Shown here piece after piece: positions 29,585 to 40,177 of a stretch of 64,000 bases of DNA. How positions within the stretch are numbered: position 1 is the stretch's first letter; every line of letters starts with the position of its first letter. Both the position numbers and the translations under genes were made by a program. A model generated the notes under the pieces. It did no database searches. It was not told the DNA's origin and was given only the letters and a program-made list of their open reading frames with translations. The stretch is taken from IMG/VR virus record IMGVR_UViG_3300032523_001510. One strand, written 5' to 3'. The stretch is from an uncultured virus (IMG/VR IMGVR_UViG_3300032523_001510). Its lineage: Duplodnaviria; Heunggongvirae; Uroviricota; Caudoviricetes.

Positions 29585-29769
29585 ACCTATGGAGAGGAAT
29601 AGCTGAAGAAATATTTTTCTTCCAATACAATCTTCACATGGATTATAGGAATTGCATGGCACTTCCTATAAACTTACGAAAATGGATGATAAGTAGATTC
29701 ATAAAACAAAAAGAAGATGAAAACGCAGAAATAGAAAAAGAACGAAGAAAAGCAAAGAGTAGAAAATAA
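29545..29769 (+). CDS. -1 frame extension, T4 gp51-like / gpT-like chaperone domain (not in the ORF track)
   Basis: 74 open codons (LPSSQKGDEYASLDLWRGIAEEIFFFQYNLHMDY...ALPINLRKWMI...RK). The stop overlaps the next ATG. Confidence 0.75.
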   Translation, partial: LPSSQKGDEYASLDLWRGIAEEIFFFQYNLHMDYRNCMALPINLRKWMISRFIKQKEDENAEIEKERRKAKSRK

Positions 29770-30512
29770 TGGCAATAGTTGAAAGGTTTCAAAATCCTGT
29801 TTGTGGAAGTTTAGTAAATCTTAGACTTTTCACATATAACTCAAACATTAAAACAAATGTTTCTAATGTAACATCTATTGATATATATTTTTTAGATCCT
29901 TACAATGTTTCCGAAGCGAATCCAAAAGGACAAAGGTTATTAAAAACCATACAAGCATCGGAAATTGAAAATGTCGATTCTGGTGAGTATTTAGCTCAAA
30001 TTCAAGTCGATCCACCAGAATTTGGCATTGGACAATATTATGATGTGTGGAACATAACATTTACAGATGTTGATGATTGTGGCTCTGGATCGATAACTAA
30101 TTATTTTACTATATATCCAGATTTGTGGTTTGCATCTCCAGTTCCTCCTACATATGATTTTTCTTTTCAATTTAGGCCAAATAGAATTGTAAAAGGATCG
30201 AAGAGATATCTTACGGTACAAGTCACTCCTAACACGCCAAAAGGCAGTGATTTACAGGCTTTTTATGAAAACCTTGCGATTATATCAGATTTAAAAATAT
30301 CAATAGCTGCTGCCTGTGGCGAGTGTTTACCTGCCGAAGAAGATTTGAGATTAATTGTAGACAAAGAAGTCATAGTTTTTCGTGAAAGACATTATGCCTT
30401 TTACCAAATAGACACAGCCGAACTAAACAAAGGCATATATGATGTTTGGTTCGAATTAACATTTTCCGATAGTATTTTTGTATCTGAAAAAAATCAGTTA
30501 CAAATTGTTTGA
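29769..30512 (+). CDS. Hypothetical beta-rich, probably structural, protein
   Basis: Two GxYDVW-type repeats suggest tandem Ig-like domains. Confidence 0.65.
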   Translation: MAIVERFQNPVCGSLVNLRLFTYNSNIKTNVSNVTSIDIYFLDPYNVSEANPKGQRLLKTIQASEIENVDSGEYLAQIQVDPPEFGIGQYYDVWNITFTDVDDCGSGSITNYFTIYPDLWFASPVPPTYDFSFQFRPNRIVKGSKRYLTVQVTPNTPKGSDLQAFYENLAIISDLKISIAAACGECLPAEEDLRLIVDKEVIVFRERHYAFYQIDTAELNKGIYDVWFELTFSDSIFVSEKNQLQIV

Positions 30513-30528
30513 TGGTTTATCTCCCTTT

Positions 30529-30570
30529 AGAAGAAGAGGCGTGACTTGTAGTCATGCCTCTTCTTCTTTT
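30529..30570. terminator. Terminator between convergent genes
   Basis: agaagaagaggcgtgact / agtcatgcctcttcttct stem. Confidence 0.85.
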
Positions 30571-31836
30571 TCATTCATAGTCATTTAATTTAAATATATT
30601 ACAATTTTTATCAATACAGCTTTCAGAAGAATATTCAGTCAAAAACCAATGCCACTTTTTAGGGTATTTTGGTTTTATAACATCACAGGCGTATCCATCT
30701 GTTATTACAAAAACAGCATTTGGATATTTTGTAATTTGTTTTGTTTCAATCATGTTATAGATGTAATTTTCAAGAATGACAAAAGAAGTTCCGCCACCAC
30801 CATAGAATGAATTATTGTTTTTTAAATCAAATTCCTCTACTGCTGTATCAAAACTAAAAATTCTAACTTGAAATTTATTTTTATCTAACGACATCGCAGA
30901 ATCAAAAAATCTATCTTTGTAAGAAATACAAGAACCACTTGTGTCTATGAAAAACAAAACATCTATTTTTTTGTTTTCAAATTCAAATTCTATAACTTCT
31001 TGATTGCTTGGTAGGAACATGCCTTCTGATAAACTAGTCATTCTTCTGTTGATTCTAGCCCACTGTTCTACATCTTTTATAGAATCATAGTTTTTATCTA
31101 AAAGTTCCCATTTTTTTATAACCGTCTCCCATTTCTTTTTAATTTTTTTCTTTTTAAGCGATATATTGAACCAAGAACCAAAAGAGCTACCAGCCTCGTT
31201 GGATTCTTTTAATAATTCTTTTATGCACTTGGATTCTTCTTCTGACATTTCTTGTAAGAATTTTTCATATATTTGTTTGTGTAGACCATCTTCTTGTGTC
31301 GAATTTAAATAATCATGATTATCAACCAGTTTCGGTTCTGTAGTTCCATCTCCCGGCATTCCATCTCCGTATTTTTTTTCAAAATTATTATAATAATATT
31401 CATAAGATTCATCGGAGTTTATTTTTGATTTTTTGTTTTTAAATATCGTATCTATCCAACAATATTGCTGGTGATTTAATATTTTCTCTCTAATAAATCC
31501 AAACCTATCAACTAATAAATGGTTGACCACAATATCCATAGCTACATTTGCAGCGTTTTTGTTTTTTGAGTCTTTGCTTCTGTATCCATGATTTAAAATA
31601 ACATGCATCGCTTCGTGACAAATAACAAATAGTTTATTGTTTGCATCTAAAGATTTCCAAAAATCATAATTAAAAACAAACTCTAAAAAATCTCCATTTT
31701 TATTGAATTTGATAGCAGCAGTAGAAATGTCTTGAGTAAACACAGGCTTTCCCATGTGCCATAATTTACTAAATATTGCATGGTAGCACTCAAGCTGCAA
31801 TGCAATGTCCATCCATTCTTCGTTGGTAATTTTCAA
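30571..31836 (-). CDS. HExxH metallopeptidase-like plus VWA domain protein (DUF2201-like)
   Basis: HEAMH, NVAMDIVVN, IDTSGS, GGGGTSF and ITDG motifs. Confidence 0.9.
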   Translation of the reverse strand: MKITNEEWMDIALQLECYHAIFSKLWHMGKPVFTQDISTAAIKFNKNGDFLEFVFNYDFWKSLDANNKLFVICHEAMHVILNHGYRSKDSKNKNAANVAMDIVVNHLLVDRFGFIREKILNHQQYCWIDTIFKNKKSKINSDESYEYYYNNFEKKYGDGMPGDGTTEPKLVDNHDYLNSTQEDGLHKQIYEKFLQEMSEEESKCIKELLKESNEAGSSFGSWFNISLKKKKIKKKWETVIKKWELLDKNYDSIKDVEQWARINRRMTSLSEGMFLPSNQEVIEFEFENKKIDVLFFIDTSGSCISYKDRFFDSAMSLDKNKFQVRIFSFDTAVEEFDLKNNNSFYGGGGTSFVILENYIYNMIETKQITKYPNAVFVITDGYACDVIKPKYPKKWHWFLTEYSSESCIDKNCNIFKLNDYE

Positions 31837-31842
31837 GCTATT

Positions 31843-33306
31843 CTACCAATCTAATTTTATTTTGTTGGTCGATCCTACGATTTTGCATTTTTCTAAAACA
31901 TTTTTAATCACAAAGAAGTTGTTCTTTGAAATGTCTTCATACGCATTGCTATCTTTTTCTGATATGTTTTTAAGACAATTATTTACTATTCCCGGTATTG
32001 TATTAGCGTTGTTTTTATTGAAATCACTTGTCAGCACCAACAAACAAAAAGCGTTCATAGTCGCCAAACAAGACTTGGCATCATTGACATTGATATACTC
32101 TGGTATTGTTTTAGCGAACTCTAAAAAATCAGACCAAATATCTTCAGGTAATCTAGATGGTTTTAAAGATTCATCGAACTTTAAAATATCAATATAAAAA
32201 GAAGAGTTACTTTTCAAAGCATAAGTAACAACCGTGTTTCTGCCTTCTTTTCTAAAATTAACCAAAGCATCATTTAGATTTGTATTTTCAGTTAGGTATT
32301 TTCTGATTTTTTTCACCAATGCTTGATTCTGATTTGCTTTTATAATATCGTTACACAAATCCATAAAAACCTCCTCTTCTTTTATGTTTTTGAGTACAAA
32401 GTTTATAACACTATCATTTTCTAATATAACAGAAGCGATTTTCTCCCTAGATAACAACGGCATAAAAAACTTCATCATAGTATCGCTTTCGATGATGTAT
32501 TTTATGGCCGATGCGTAATTGTTTTCGTTGCTTATAAAAGATTTAGCTTCAACTTTATTTTTGGTTTTCATCAGTTCTTCTATAATCGCAATCAAAGGAC
32601 CATGCGTCAATGCTCCTATTAACTTAGATACATTTGAAGTTACTGGCAAAACATCTCGCAAATCACCTTTAAAATTAAATGTATCAAGTGCGTAGTCTAA
32701 TCTTCTTGGGCTTATTTTTTCTTTTTCTTCTTCGTTAAGTTCGTTCCACCATTCTATTGCAGACTTTGCGAATTTATCACCATATTTACTAGAAAAATAA
32801 TCTAGGTCTGGTTTGTAAGGCAATCTATAGTGTACTTGGAATCTATCTAGATGTGATGGATCGAGCCTTTCTACATCATAAACTTCTTCTTCGAATGGAT
32901 TTATTGCAGCCCAAACAACTTTTAAATTTGGAAACTTTTCTCCGTTTATGGATTTAAATTGAATCAATTCCATTACCGCATTTCTAACTTTTTTATGACT
33001 TCTATTTAATTCATCAAAAAAAAGAGCCTCTACTTCACCAGTAGCAAACGCTTTTGGTCTTACTAATTTTAAATAACTAATATCTTTGCCTTTGTATGAT
33101 TCTGTGGTTTCTTTAGGAACTCCTATAAAGTCACACCAAGGGTCCATAGTAGAAGCAGAAAAATACAGCCAATTTAATTTAGCATCATCAAATGCTTGTT
33201 TGACTAACGATGTTTTACCAATACCGTGTTTACCGATAAATAATACATTTTGTTTGTTGTTAATCCAAGATGCCATCTTGGTTCGTAAAACATCGCTTTG
33301 CGACAT
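31843..33306 (-). CDS. MoxR-like AAA+ ATPase
   Basis: GKHGIGKT, FFDELNR, AAINP, LDRF and SPRR motifs. Confidence 0.9.
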   Translation of the reverse strand: MSQSDVLRTKMASWINNKQNVLFIGKHGIGKTSLVKQAFDDAKLNWLYFSASTMDPWCDFIGVPKETTESYKGKDISYLKLVRPKAFATGEVEALFFDELNRSHKKVRNAVMELIQFKSINGEKFPNLKVVWAAINPFEEEVYDVERLDPSHLDRFQVHYRLPYKPDLDYFSSKYGDKFAKSAIEWWNELNEEEKEKISPRRLDYALDTFNFKGDLRDVLPVTSNVSKLIGALTHGPLIAIIEELMKTKNKVEAKSFISNENNYASAIKYIIESDTMMKFFMPLLSREKIASVILENDSVINFVLKNIKEEEVFMDLCNDIIKANQNQALVKKIRKYLTENTNLNDALVNFRKEGRNTVVTYALKSNSSFYIDILKFDESLKPSRLPEDIWSDFLEFAKTIPEYINVNDAKSCLATMNAFCLLVLTSDFNKNNANTIPGIVNNCLKNISEKDSNAYEDISKNNFFVIKNVLEKCKIVGSTNKIKLDW

Positions 33307-33379
33307 GGAACTATTCCTTGTGTGACAATGAAAATCTAATTTTATTTTAGCGATATTTTACAAAGTGTAAATTGAACTT

Positions 33380-33925
33380 TTAGTTAATAAAGAAAAAACC
33401 ATCTTCTAATTTCAGCAATTCTTCAAGATTAACAATAATATAATTTTTATAAATCATATAATAATTAAATTTTTTATGTGGCAGGTCAGATTCTTTTATA
33501 AATGCCAGATATGGTTTCCTATTTTTCTTCCATATAAGCAAAGGCTTCCTGCCACACCTTTCTGAGTCCAATTCGGCTTGCTTAATGAATTCGTCTATCT
33601 GGGAATTGCCTTCGTTGAAAAAGCCATGAACATCTATGTCATCATAGCCACCCTTGCTCTCGATGCAAAAAGAAAATTTTTGTGGGCAAACCAAATCGCC
33701 AGAGAAAACATCTTGTGCGTGTTTCGGTAGATGAGATGTTTGACTCCACCTGTTGCCAGATCCTATAGATCTAGAAAAACCAGTTCCAAATCTATCATTT
33801 AAAACTTTGACTACATTTCTTTCCGTTCTGTTGCCTTTTCTTTTGCCATCGACTTTTTTCTTTTTGTTTTTCATGTCACTCAAAACATCATCGACAAAAA
33901 AATCTTCATTATTTGTATTGCTCAT
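33380..33925 (-). CDS. Hjc-like PD-(D/E)xK Holliday junction resolvase
   Basis: KRKGNRTER, GDL and IESK motifs. Confidence 0.8.
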   Translation of the reverse strand: MSNTNNEDFFVDDVLSDMKNKKKKVDGKRKGNRTERNVVKVLNDRFGTGFSRSIGSGNRWSQTSHLPKHAQDVFSGDLVCPQKFSFCIESKGGYDDIDVHGFFNEGNSQIDEFIKQAELDSERCGRKPLLIWKKNRKPYLAFIKESDLPHKKFNYYMIYKNYIIVNLEELLKLEDGFFFIN

Positions 33926-33940
33926 AAAATAATAGAGTAA

Positions 33941-35035
33941 TCATGTATTTAAAATTGCCTCTATGATTTGCAAACCATTTAAATGCACCTTTAACGCTTC
34001 AGATATTTCTTTTATTTCAAAATTAGATACATCTTCATTAGACTTAATTATTCCAACAATATTTTTGCTAGTGTTTTCTATTTCCTTGCACGTTTCTGAT
34101 AATTCTTTTATATAAAAATGATTATCTTCAGTTGTAGGATCGTTTTCTTTTGTTGTTTTTTCCAATACAAGTCTATTATTTGAATCATAAATCTTATCGA
34201 CAAGATCGCCATTGTATGACCAAGGTTCGTATTGAGATGTTCTTGTCACATTGAATTTGTCTATTGTTAAACCTTTAAGCTCGGAAAGTTCAATGTGATA
34301 AATTTGATCCGCCTCTATTTGAGTAAAAATTTGTTTTCCTAAAAACTTCTTTTTTTCAAAAGACATCATTTCTAAAGAATCGATCCACAAATCAGGATCT
34401 GAAAAGAAAAACATTTGCCCCAAAGATTCCCTTAAATCTACTATCCACAAAGGTCTATGTTTGTTCCTAAATAGCCATAAATTACTATTATCATTGGCTA
34501 TTTCTGCTATAGCCACTGCCATGTGGCCATGGTTTATAAATGAAAATATATCATGCAACGCATTTATTCTAGCATCTTGATATGGAACAGAATCATCGGT
34601 TTCACACTCAAATATGCGAAGCAAAACTTCGCTATCACATTCGGTTTCAAGTTTGTATTTGGCCTTTAAAGATTCGTATTCGTGTGGCTCTATTCTTCCA
34701 TTATGAATCAATGCTATTGCGTTATTTTTGCTTACAAAAGGATGATTGTTTATATTGTCTGATGGATCTCCACATCCTTTTGAAGCACCCCTTGAATGGG
34801 TCACAAGTATATCAAAATCAACACTCGACAAGTCGTTCCATGGTTTGTCTTTTATAAAAATTCCAGATCTTACTGGTTCCTTGTGCGTGAATACCTTTTT
34901 TTCGGAATAATTAAATCCCCAAAATCCAGATGCATCGATTCCTCTAGACTCGTTTTGTTCGAAAATTTTAGATAATAATTCAAATGATAAATTGTTATCT
35001 TTTGATTTGCCTATGTACCCAGCTATTCCGCACAT
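33941..35035 (-). CDS. Class II (Ntn) glutamine amidotransferase domain protein
   Basis: MCGIAG, RGIDASG, HSR, NNHPF, HNG and DSE motifs. Confidence 0.9.
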   Translation of the reverse strand: MCGIAGYIGKSKDNNLSFELLSKIFEQNESRGIDASGFWGFNYSEKKVFTHKEPVRSGIFIKDKPWNDLSSVDFDILVTHSRGASKGCGDPSDNINNHPFVSKNNAIALIHNGRIEPHEYESLKAKYKLETECDSEVLLRIFECETDDSVPYQDARINALHDIFSFINHGHMAVAIAEIANDNSNLWLFRNKHRPLWIVDLRESLGQMFFFSDPDLWIDSLEMMSFEKKKFLGKQIFTQIEADQIYHIELSELKGLTIDKFNVTRTSQYEPWSYNGDLVDKIYDSNNRLVLEKTTKENDPTTEDNHFYIKELSETCKEIENTSKNIVGIIKSNEDVSNFEIKEISEALKVHLNGLQIIEAILNT

Positions 35036-35580
35036 TAAAACGCACTCAAAGGACCAGAACTGCCACCCAAAGGCTCTGCATACAATTGATCTGCTTGAGT
35101 GTTTGGTTCTGTAGGATTAACTGCTGCTGTTACATCTTTAGGCTGTTCTGGAGGCTTATCCTTAGCACTTTTCATAGTAGAACCCAAAGAATCAGAATCC
35201 TTTGGTTCGGATGAATCGGCACTTGCTAGTTTGTTTATTGGCAAACCAATACTTTTAATCACTTCTTCGAGATTAGCAACTATTTTTGGGAAGTAATCCT
35301 TATAACTAAAATCCTTGTCGTTACTTAAAATTTTATCCAATGCAAAACAAATTTTTTGCAATCTAGATATCTCTGTGGAGTTTTCTTTTAAATTACCCGA
35401 ATTGATAATTCCTTTTATCTTGTTGAATGCTTGTATGCAAACACTATTTAAACTCTTTTTGGGTATTTTTTCCAAATCATTTAATACATTTAAATATTCT
35501 TGTAAAGATGTAAGTACTGCACCTAGATCGGAAGCTATAACACCCATACTTTCAGTAATTAAAAATTCTTTAAATCTCAT
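35035..35580 (-). CDS. Hypothetical protein with capsid-targeting-like N-terminus
   Basis: Begins MRFKEFLITE. Confidence 0.75.
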   Translation of the reverse strand: MRFKEFLITESMGVIASDLGAVLTSLQEYLNVLNDLEKIPKKSLNSVCIQAFNKIKGIINSGNLKENSTEISRLQKICFALDKILSNDKDFSYKDYFPKIVANLEEVIKSIGLPINKLASADSSEPKDSDSLGSTMKSAKDKPPEQPKDVTAAVNPTEPNTQADQLYAEPLGGSSGPLSAF

Positions 35581-37232
35581 ATCTTATTTACTTCCACTGT
35601 GTCTTTTTCTGATTTAATATTTTTATATTTTAAAGAAGCAACGATCAAACCATTAAATAACGGAGCAGCTTGTGTTAGTCTGCTTTTAAATTCTGGATGA
35701 GCTTGGGTTCCAATAAAGTACGGATGAACATCTTGTGACAATTCCATGATTTCAATTAGATTAGATTCTGGATTTCTTCCAGTAACATTGAAATTGTGCT
35801 TGCTAAATTCTTCGACATAAACATTATTGACTTCGTAACGATGTCGATGTCTTTCTTTGATGATTTTAGATTCATACAAAGAATACGCAATAGAATCTTT
35901 ATCTAATTCGCAGTCATACGAACCAAGTCTCATAGTTGCTGCTTTTTTATCCATTTTTTCTTGACCAGCAACAAAATGAACCACAGGATTTTTAGTGTTT
36001 TTATTGAATTCCAAAGAATTAGCATCTTCGTGACATAAAATGTTTCTTGCGATTTCTATTACGGCACATTGCAATCCCAAACAAATTCCCAAAAAAGGTA
36101 TTTTCTTTTCTCTTGCGTATTGAATAGATTTTATCTTTCCTTCTATTCCTCTTACATCAAATCCACCGGGAACTATAATTCCATGTAATTCATCAAAATA
36201 TTTATGAATACCTCTTTGATCTTTATATTTCTCAAGTTCTTCTGCGTTGATCCACTTGATATTTATCTTAGCATCATTGGCTATACCAGCGTGAATCAGG
36301 GCTTCTTTGAGTGATATATACGCTTCATCGCAGTTGTCATATTTACCAAAAATACCAACATTAACTGTTTGCATGTTGTTGTTGTTTACATATTTCTCGA
36401 CTAATTCTTTGTATTTTTGAATTCTGCATCCTGTTCTTTGCAAATTCAATAAATCAACAAAAAGATCATCGACATGTCTATCATAAAAAGCAATAGGCAC
36501 TTGATAAATCGATGACACATCTGGAGCATCAAACACAGAACCTCTTGGTACACTTGTAATATCAGATATTTTTTTAATTATGTTTTCTGGAAGTTCTTTG
36601 TCGCATCTACAAAATACAACATCTGGCTGTAATCCGTATTTTCTTAAATCACGAACTGAATTTTGCAGTGGTTTGGTCTTAAACTCTTTTATTGTCTGAA
36701 CCCAAAGAACGGGTGCGACCAAAACCATCAAAACATTTTTGCTATTTCTAAGTCTAAATTTACTTATAGCTTCGAAAAAAGGATCGCTTTCATTATCTCC
36801 GACAGTGCCTCCTACTTCCGCTATAACAATGTCGTGGTTTTCACCAAGTTTAAGCAATCTTTTTTCTATTTTATTTGTAACATGAGGCACAACTTGAATT
36901 GTTTCTCCGAGATAATCGCCTCTTTTTTGCTCTGCTATAAGTTCTTCGTATAAGTTGCCACTCGTGCATATGTTTAATTTACTTACATTAATTCCAGCTA
37001 TTCTTTCGTAATGACCAAGATCTAGGTCTGTTTCGGTTCCATCATCACATAAAAAACACTCGCCATGCTCTCTTGGAGCCAAAACTCCAGCATCGGTATT
37101 TAAATAAGGATCGAACTTAATAAGCGTGACATTATGGCCTCTTGATCTTAGAAGCAATCCTATACTGGCCGCACTCACTCCCTTGCCAGTTCCAGATATA
37201 ACTCCACCAGCCACAAATATATATTTCGCCAT
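35577..37232 (-). CDS. pyrG: CTP synthase
   Basis: GGVISGTGKG, KFDPYLN, ETDLDLGHYER, KTKP, GICLG, RHRHRYE and QAHPE motifs. Confidence 0.98.
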   Translation of the reverse strand: MAKYIFVAGGVISGTGKGVSAASIGLLLRSRGHNVTLIKFDPYLNTDAGVLAPREHGECFLCDDGTETDLDLGHYERIAGINVSKLNICTSGNLYEELIAEQKRGDYLGETIQVVPHVTNKIEKRLLKLGENHDIVIAEVGGTVGDNESDPFFEAISKFRLRNSKNVLMVLVAPVLWVQTIKEFKTKPLQNSVRDLRKYGLQPDVVFCRCDKELPENIIKKISDITSVPRGSVFDAPDVSSIYQVPIAFYDRHVDDLFVDLLNLQRTGCRIQKYKELVEKYVNNNNMQTVNVGIFGKYDNCDEAYISLKEALIHAGIANDAKINIKWINAEELEKYKDQRGIHKYFDELHGIIVPGGFDVRGIEGKIKSIQYAREKKIPFLGICLGLQCAVIEIARNILCHEDANSLEFNKNTKNPVVHFVAGQEKMDKKAATMRLGSYDCELDKDSIAYSLYESKIIKERHRHRYEVNNVYVEEFSKHNFNVTGRNPESNLIEIMELSQDVHPYFIGTQAHPEFKSRLTQAAPLFNGLIVASLKYKNIKSEKDTVEVNKI

Positions 37233-37244
37233 TTTAGCTCCAAA

Positions 37245-37547
37245 TCACAAAGAGTTTAAATAATCATTATCTTTATAATAATCTCTTGTGATTTTTTTTA
37301 TTCTTAAGGAAGAAGATTCGTAAATGTACAACTTTCTTTTGTTTGGCTTTAAATCAAATACATTTTTCAATGTATCTTCTAAACCACAAAGAAAAATCCA
37401 TAACCAATACGGGCTATTTTTTAATTGTTTGGAACAAAAATTGAAATATTTGTCCCAACTTAACGAAAGTTTCTTCTTAAATATAATTGAGTATCGATCA
37501 ATCATCTTTAAACTTTCTTGAACATAATATTCTTTTTCAAATTCCAT
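37245..37547 (-). CDS. Hypothetical protein
   Basis: Start probably MEFEKEYY (37547). Confidence 0.55.
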   Translation of the reverse strand: MEFEKEYYVQESLKMIDRYSIIFKKKLSLSWDKYFNFCSKQLKNSPYWLWIFLCGLEDTLKNVFDLKPNKRKLYIYESSSLRIKKITRDYYKDNDYLNSL

Positions 37548-37561
37548 TTTTACCGTTAAAC

Positions 37562-37837
37562 CTATAGTTTTGACATTTTTTCGTAAGCTCTGACCGAATC
37601 GATCATTTCCTCTAAGTTCAAATCCTTTGTTTTTTCGAATTCGGAGCAATGTTCTTTTATGTTGAAGTTTTTGCCATCGAAATCAATCCACTTGTATTTA
37701 TTGCAATAATAAATGGCAGCTTCAAGTCTCATGGCATAAAACCATTTTTCGTATTTTATTTTTGATATTTTTCTTTTGCATTCTTTGATTGTCCATTTAT
37801 CAAATTTTTCTTGTTCATCTTGTATTTTTTTAGACAC
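37562..37837 (-). CDS. Hypothetical protein
   Basis: GAGG RBS before a GTG start; 91 aa. Confidence 0.65.
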   Translation of the reverse strand: MSKKIQDEQEKFDKWTIKECKRKISKIKYEKWFYAMRLEAAIYYCNKYKWIDFDGKNFNIKEHCSEFEKTKDLNLEEMIDSVRAYEKMSKL

Positions 37838-37866
37838 AACAATTACCTCGCTTAACTAGAAACTAC

Positions 37867-40110
37867 TTAAAAAGTACTACAAGCTCCACTAGCACAAGCA
37901 ACATTTTCCATAAGTTTGGTGTTATCTTCTTCTTCGTGCATATTACTATAATCCACATCCTTGTAAACTCTAGTCAAATCTTCCCATAATTTATTGTTGT
38001 TTATGTCTTTTAAAAGATAAGTAAGTTCTTTGATGTTGTTTTGTAAATGTCTTTCTGCAAATTGTTTGGCTCTACGAACCCAATCTTTTTGCAAATTACA
38101 GTGTACCCATTCAGACTGCAATTTCTGCATTATTTCATCGTTTAATTTTTCTGGCACTTTTGGCTCCTGAACCTCGAAAACGCCCAAAGCAGCATCACAG
38201 GCTCTCCATAAGTTGTTGTTAAATGCATGGAGTGCGTCTACAATCAATCCAGAGGCATAAATGCAACCTTTACCATATTTTTCGACTATTTCTTGAACTG
38301 TAAGAACTTTAGTAAAAGGAGCTTGTGGGTAATCCAAATCTCCCGTAGAACCAAGCAAAGATATACCAGCGAAACTTTCACGATTTTCATAAATAAACTC
38401 TTCTACATCTTCCCATTCACTTTCCTTGACATTAATCGTATTGCTTACATTGTGAGACATCCAAGGATGCACACATTTATCTGGTCTTTTACCAGCTTCG
38501 ACCCAATTTTCTTGAACTAATTTAACGGTTTCTAGAAGTTGAACAGCAGAAATATTGTCTTTTGTTATTACATGTTCTGGCATTTCAATTAAAAAACTAA
38601 TTACTTCATCAGTACCATTTGCATTCCATACTGAATTTTCAATAGCAGTAGGATTGTAAGTCTTAAAATGCTGAATTGGATTTTCAGTAGCGTTACTTTG
38701 AACTCTACGAATATATCTTCGTGCATGTGCAGGATGAACGCCACTAGATGTTCCAAGCAAACAACTTGCTGTTCCTTCTGGCTTTACACAAGTTGCTCTT
38801 GCTGCAACATTAATTCCAATTTTATTTGCAATATCTTCATTAGTCTGAAGAACTATACCTGCCATTTCACGAAGATTATTTTTATCTAAAGTTACACTCG
38901 GATAGTCCATGATTCCAGTTATGCTAACACCAAGAAGTGCTTCTCTTTTTATAATAGATTCACTTACCTTACCAAGATAATCAAAATCGGTATAACCAGC
39001 TTGTAAAGTTCCGATGATAGAAGCAACTTTTGCAGCCAAAGCAAAATTTTCTTTAGTTTCTAATTTTGATCCATTTATAGTGCAAAGATTACAAGCCTGC
39101 CATCCAGAATTGCCTTGCTCATCATAGCCGTACAAATTAATTTCGACGCAGGGATTAAACAAAGATTCGGTACTATGACTCCAAATAATTCCCGGCTCAC
39201 CGAATTGCCTAGTAGATTCAAATAAACGATGATATTGTTCTCTTCCTGTGCTGTTTTTTAACAATAATGCACTATTATTAGATCTTGCTCTTTGTCCGTT
39301 TTCATAATACCAATCTCCAATTTTAGCATTAAGCATCAATTCATCATCGACACTAAACATAGCAAGACACGCACTTCTGCGCACCCCACCTGACAATACA
39401 GCATCAGAAGCATGCATTATTATGTCGTATGCATCAATTGTTCTTAATTTTTTATTACCAGAATTAACAGACTTATTAAAAACTTCACGAATTTTTTCTA
39501 ATGCTTTTTCAAGTGGTTCATGTCCGGGTGCTTTGCCTACTCCATAAGATAAAGATGAACCTTTTGGTCTAATAGCAGAATAATCAAAAGTTACTTTTTT
39601 GCCATGGAAATCAGAAAATTCATCATGCGGACTATAGCTTGCAGTCAATACTCCAAGAGCATCTGCCCATCCTTCAATACTATCATCAATTTTATAAATT
39701 TTTTCTTCTGATAAATCAGTTGATTTAGAAATGTGAAAATCTGGTAATTTATCAACATGGTGTCGTTGAACAGAGAATCCGGTTCCACAACCATTGAGCA
39801 GAAGCCAAGTACATTCCTGAAAAAATCTAGGTCTATCACAGTAAGAACTAATGCAATTATAGATTTTTGCATTACGCTTTAAAATTGGATCTCCACCGAA
39901 CTGTAACGCTCTTTGACTGCCAAGTGCTATTTTATTATGAACATGTTCAAATGCCCAATTAATATCATCTGCTACCATTGGATATTTTGTAAGATGCATG
40001 CCTTTGACACGCTCAATCGCTTCGTGCCAAGTTTCTCTTCTTTTTTTAGTTTTATCATATCGTGCATAACGACTTGCAAAAGTATAATCCGACAATGCTT
40101 TAGTTGACAT
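37867..40110 (-). CDS. nrdJ: Class II (B12-dependent) ribonucleotide reductase
   Basis: YNC, GGVRRSA, NPCVEI, CNL, TCVKPEGT and C-terminal ACASGAC. No small subunit adjacent. Confidence 0.85.
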   Translation of the reverse strand: MSTKALSDYTFASRYARYDKTKKRRETWHEAIERVKGMHLTKYPMVADDINWAFEHVHNKIALGSQRALQFGGDPILKRNAKIYNCISSYCDRPRFFQECTWLLLNGCGTGFSVQRHHVDKLPDFHISKSTDLSEEKIYKIDDSIEGWADALGVLTASYSPHDEFSDFHGKKVTFDYSAIRPKGSSLSYGVGKAPGHEPLEKALEKIREVFNKSVNSGNKKLRTIDAYDIIMHASDAVLSGGVRRSACLAMFSVDDELMLNAKIGDWYYENGQRARSNNSALLLKNSTGREQYHRLFESTRQFGEPGIIWSHSTESLFNPCVEINLYGYDEQGNSGWQACNLCTINGSKLETKENFALAAKVASIIGTLQAGYTDFDYLGKVSESIIKREALLGVSITGIMDYPSVTLDKNNLREMAGIVLQTNEDIANKIGINVAARATCVKPEGTASCLLGTSSGVHPAHARRYIRRVQSNATENPIQHFKTYNPTAIENSVWNANGTDEVISFLIEMPEHVITKDNISAVQLLETVKLVQENWVEAGKRPDKCVHPWMSHNVSNTINVKESEWEDVEEFIYENRESFAGISLLGSTGDLDYPQAPFTKVLTVQEIVEKYGKGCIYASGLIVDALHAFNNNLWRACDAALGVFEVQEPKVPEKLNDEIMQKLQSEWVHCNLQKDWVRRAKQFAERHLQNNIKELTYLLKDINNNKLWEDLTRVYKDVDYSNMHEEEDNTKLMENVACASGACSTF

Positions 40111-40177
40111 TTAAACTCCAGTTAAAAATTCTAGGGAAAGTATTTAAGATTAAAGTTTTCATTTTTATCAAAAAAAA

